Below the pieces are notes generated by a model. The model saw only the letters and a program-made list of their open reading frames with translations. It was not told the DNA's origin and made no database searches. The translations under genes and the position numbers were made by a program. Of a stretch of 58,714 nt of DNA, positions 57,335-58,714 are shown in pieces (position 1 is the first letter of the stretch; each line of letters starts with the position of its first letter). Source of the DNA: a virus; IMG/VR virus record IMGVR_UViG_3300045391_004028. The stretch is one strand, 5' to 3'.

Positions 57335-57493
57335 TCACTGTTTCCGGCTGAGCGTGGACAGGAAGATGATCATCCCGCCGATGAGGCCGACGAACGCCGC
57401 CCCCGTCGCATGTTCGCCGTCCTCGATCACGACGTCGGCGACGACGAGAGCGGCTGCCACGAACGAGGTGACCGCCAGGAACCGCAGGAACAT
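57335..57493 (-). CDS. Small membrane protein (52 aa), last gene of the array
   Basis: ATG after GAGGGG. MFLRFLAVTSFVAAALVVADVVIEDGEHATGAAFVGLIGGMIIFLSTLSRKQ. Confidence 0.55.
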   Translation of the reverse strand: MFLRFLAVTSFVAAALVVADVVIEDGEHATGAAFVGLIGGMIIFLSTLSRKQ

Positions 57494-57496
57494 GGG

Positions 57497-57682
57497 TCAG
57501 CCCCTCACTACGCGGTAGACGCCCCAGAACCCGACTGCCCCGATGATCATGTACAGCATGATGGCCGTGCCGTCGTCGGTCGGCTGGCCGAGCAGGGCAA
57601 AGATGAGGTAGAGGGCGAACGCCACCATGGCCGCCGCACAGCAGGCCATGACGAAGACGATGAGGTTGACCAGGCCGTTCAC
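57497..57682 (-). CDS. Small membrane protein (61 aa, 2 TM)
   Basis: GTG at 57682 overlaps the upstream stop (GTGA). In ORF-track frame 57497..57706. Confidence 0.6.
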   Translation of the reverse strand: MNGLVNLIVFVMACCAAAMVAFALYLIFALLGQPTDDGTAIMLYMIIGAVGFWGVYRVVRG

Positions 57683-57759
57683 TGGCCACCTCGCCGGATG
57701 AGCCACGCCAGGATGGCGGTGAAGCCGAGCAGGAACGCGACCACGAAGATCCAGGTCAC
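57679..57759 (-). CDS. Micro membrane peptide (26 aa)
   Basis: VTWIFVVAFLLGFTAILAWLIRRGGQ. GTGA overlaps at both ends. Confidence 0.4.
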   Translation of the reverse strand: MTWIFVVAFLLGFTAILAWLIRRGGQ

Positions 57760-57842
57760 CGGTGCCTCCTCAGTCGCAGGTAGAGCCATGCCCCGGCCAC
57801 GCAGAACGCGGCCAGGCACAGGCAGTTGGCGGCCATGACCAT
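57756..57842 (-). CDS. Micro membrane peptide (28 aa)
   Basis: MVMAANCLCLAAFCVAGAWLYLRLRRHR. TAATG overlap upstream and GTGA overlap downstream. Confidence 0.4.
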   Translation of the reverse strand: MVMAANCLCLAAFCVAGAWLYLRLRRHR

Positions 57843-58012
57843 TACTGGTCCCGGCCGGTGAGCACGCGCCACGAGAGCACGACGTAGACGATGATGAAGA
57901 CCACCACGGCGGCGGCCATCGGGTCGGCCACGCCGGTCACCCAGGCGCCGAACCAGGCGAGGGCGCCGACGAACGCGGCCAGGATGCCGTTGAGGATCGA
58001 CATGATCCACAT
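57842..58012 (-). CDS. Small membrane protein (56 aa, 2 TM)
   Basis: ATG at 58012 after GGAAGGAGG, overlapping the upstream stop (TGATG). In ORF-track frame 57842..58042. Confidence 0.6.
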   Translation of the reverse strand: MWIMSILNGILAAFVGALAWFGAWVTGVADPMAAAVVVFIIVYVVLSWRVLTGRDQ

Positions 58013-58182
58013 CAGCGGGGCCTCCTTCCGGCGAATGCGCACACGATCAGGAACGACGCTGTGCCGAACACGACGGCGCAGGTCAGCGGCGGGATCGCGG
58101 ACGTGCTGGCGCCCACGATCCAGCCACCGACGAACGAGATGAACCCGGCGACGGCCGCGCCGAGGAGCTGGCCCCTGGTCAC
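58012..58182 (-). CDS. Small membrane protein (56 aa, 2 TM)
   Basis: VTRGQLLGAAVAGFISFVGGWIVGASTSAIPPLTCAVVFGTASFLIVCAFAGRRPR. GTGA overlap upstream. Confidence 0.5.
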   Translation of the reverse strand: MTRGQLLGAAVAGFISFVGGWIVGASTSAIPPLTCAVVFGTASFLIVCAFAGRRPR

Positions 58183-58358
58183 TTCAGCCGCCCCAGGACC
58201 ACGGCGACGACGACGGCCGCGACGAACGTAACGACGGCCGCGACTGCCTCGGTGCCGGGGGCGACGACGTGCGCGAACGCACCGGCCGCCGCCGTGGCCA
58301 GCACGATGAGCACGATGACGCCGGAACGCCAGCTCTGCTCCTGCCGCGACGGGCTCAC
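58179..58358 (-). CDS. Small membrane protein (59 aa, 2 TM)
   Basis: VSPSRQEQSWRSGVIVLIVLATAAAGAFAHVVAPGTEAVAAVVTFVAAVVVAVVLGRLK. GTGA overlaps. Confidence 0.5.
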   Translation of the reverse strand: MSPSRQEQSWRSGVIVLIVLATAAAGAFAHVVAPGTEAVAAVVTFVAAVVVAVVLGRLK

Positions 58359-58519
58359 TTGTGCCCCCGCGTCACGGCGAGGGTGAGCACGATGCCCAGG
58401 ACGAAGGCGCCGACGGAGGCCGCCAGCGACCAGGTGAAGGGCAGGTTGAGCGTGAAGGCGGCGGTGAGGACACCGATACAGGTGCCGACCGTTGCCGCCA
58501 GCTTGAGCCGCTTTCCCAT
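58355..58519 (-). CDS. Small membrane protein (54 aa, 2 TM)
   Basis: ATG after CAGGAGAGAGATCC. MGKRLKLAATVGTCIGVLTAAFTLNLPFTWSLAASVGAFVLGIVLTLAVTRGHK. Confidence 0.55.
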   Translation of the reverse strand: MGKRLKLAATVGTCIGVLTAAFTLNLPFTWSLAASVGAFVLGIVLTLAVTRGHK

Positions 58520-58538
58520 GGATCTCTCTCCTGTGAGA

Positions 58539-58714
58539 TCAGGCCGCGAGCACGGAGCCCACGGCGAGGCCGAAGAGCAGCGCGCAGACGCCCCAGAGCA
58601 GCAGGACGGTTCCTATGCGCCGCCAGTGGACGAGGTAGCACAGTGCTGCCCCGCCGATGAGCGCCGCGCCCAGCAGGTCCAGGCCGAGGCCCAGCTCTGT
58701 GAGCGCGGTGCTCC
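58539..58714 (-). CDS. Small membrane protein, C-terminal part of the junction-spanning gene (start lies at 85 in the other copy of the overlap)
   Basis: Same reading frame continues through the 69-bp terminal repeat. Stop at 58539-58541. Confidence 0.6.
   Translation of the reverse strand, partial: STALTELGLGLDLLGAALIGGAALCYLVHWRRIGTVLLLWGVCALLFGLAVGSVLAA
58646..58714. repeat. Terminal direct repeat copy 2 (identical to 1..69)
   Basis: Exact 69/69 match to the start of the window. Confidence 0.95.

Noticed and set aside
1-58714. CRISPR arrays, rRNA genes, transposases/IS elements, reverse transcriptase (retron or DGR) and toxin-antitoxin pairs.
   Set aside because: There are no regularly spaced direct repeats and no rRNA-like segments. 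No DDE, integrase or RT motifs were seen in any credible ORF. The only tandem repeats are the 39-bp coding duplication and the 15-bp pair near the RHH gene.

Overview
The first 69 nt of the window are repeated exactly as the last 69 nt, so this looks like a complete, circularly closed replicon of about 58,645 unique bp. It is high in G+C and reads as a tailed, siphovirus-like phage of an actinobacterium. All calls come from reading the sequence and ORF track by eye, with no searches run.

Genome layout:
- A minus-strand late operon runs TerL (56566), five small genes, portal, MuF, a 1365-aa protein ending in an ADP-ribosyltransferase (ART) domain, a protease and a small gene (44717).
- A 5.4-kb opposite-strand island (39524-44680) interrupts this operon.
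- The late operon then resumes with capsid, connector, tail tube, chaperones, tape measure, distal tail, three LPYP fibre paralogs, endolysin and holin (21441). A second small plus-strand island (22904-23846) sits inside this stretch.
- A plus-strand early/replication block (14388-21364) holds HTH regulators, a replication-organizer-like protein, a SLOG/DUF2493 protein and an ERF annealing protein.
- A minus-strand block (14259-2877) holds HNH, ParB-like, DUF932, a tRNA/tRNA-like RNA cluster, a TerS-like protein, an Rv2179c-like exoribonuclease and a moron-like cluster (one LPXTG surface protein and two MmpS-like proteins).
- A 13-gene array of tiny membrane proteins crosses the linearisation point.

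I found no integrase, transposase, CRISPR array or rRNA.

Most interesting candidates:
1. A capsid-module R-S-E ART effector, a NADAR (ADP-ribose-removing) enzyme in the antisense island, and a small acidic protein directly after the ART gene. Together they may form a write/erase ADP-ribosylation system.
2. A promoter-driven 950-nt non-coding cluster with one canonical tRNA-Lys and three tRNA-like RNAs whose anticodon region is aberrant or greatly expanded.
3. A family of near-identical promoters wrapped in two dyad symmetries.
4. The translationally coupled micro-membrane-protein array.

Start codons were refined by RBS, overlap and GC3 logic and may be off by a few codons. Function calls rest on motif recognition.
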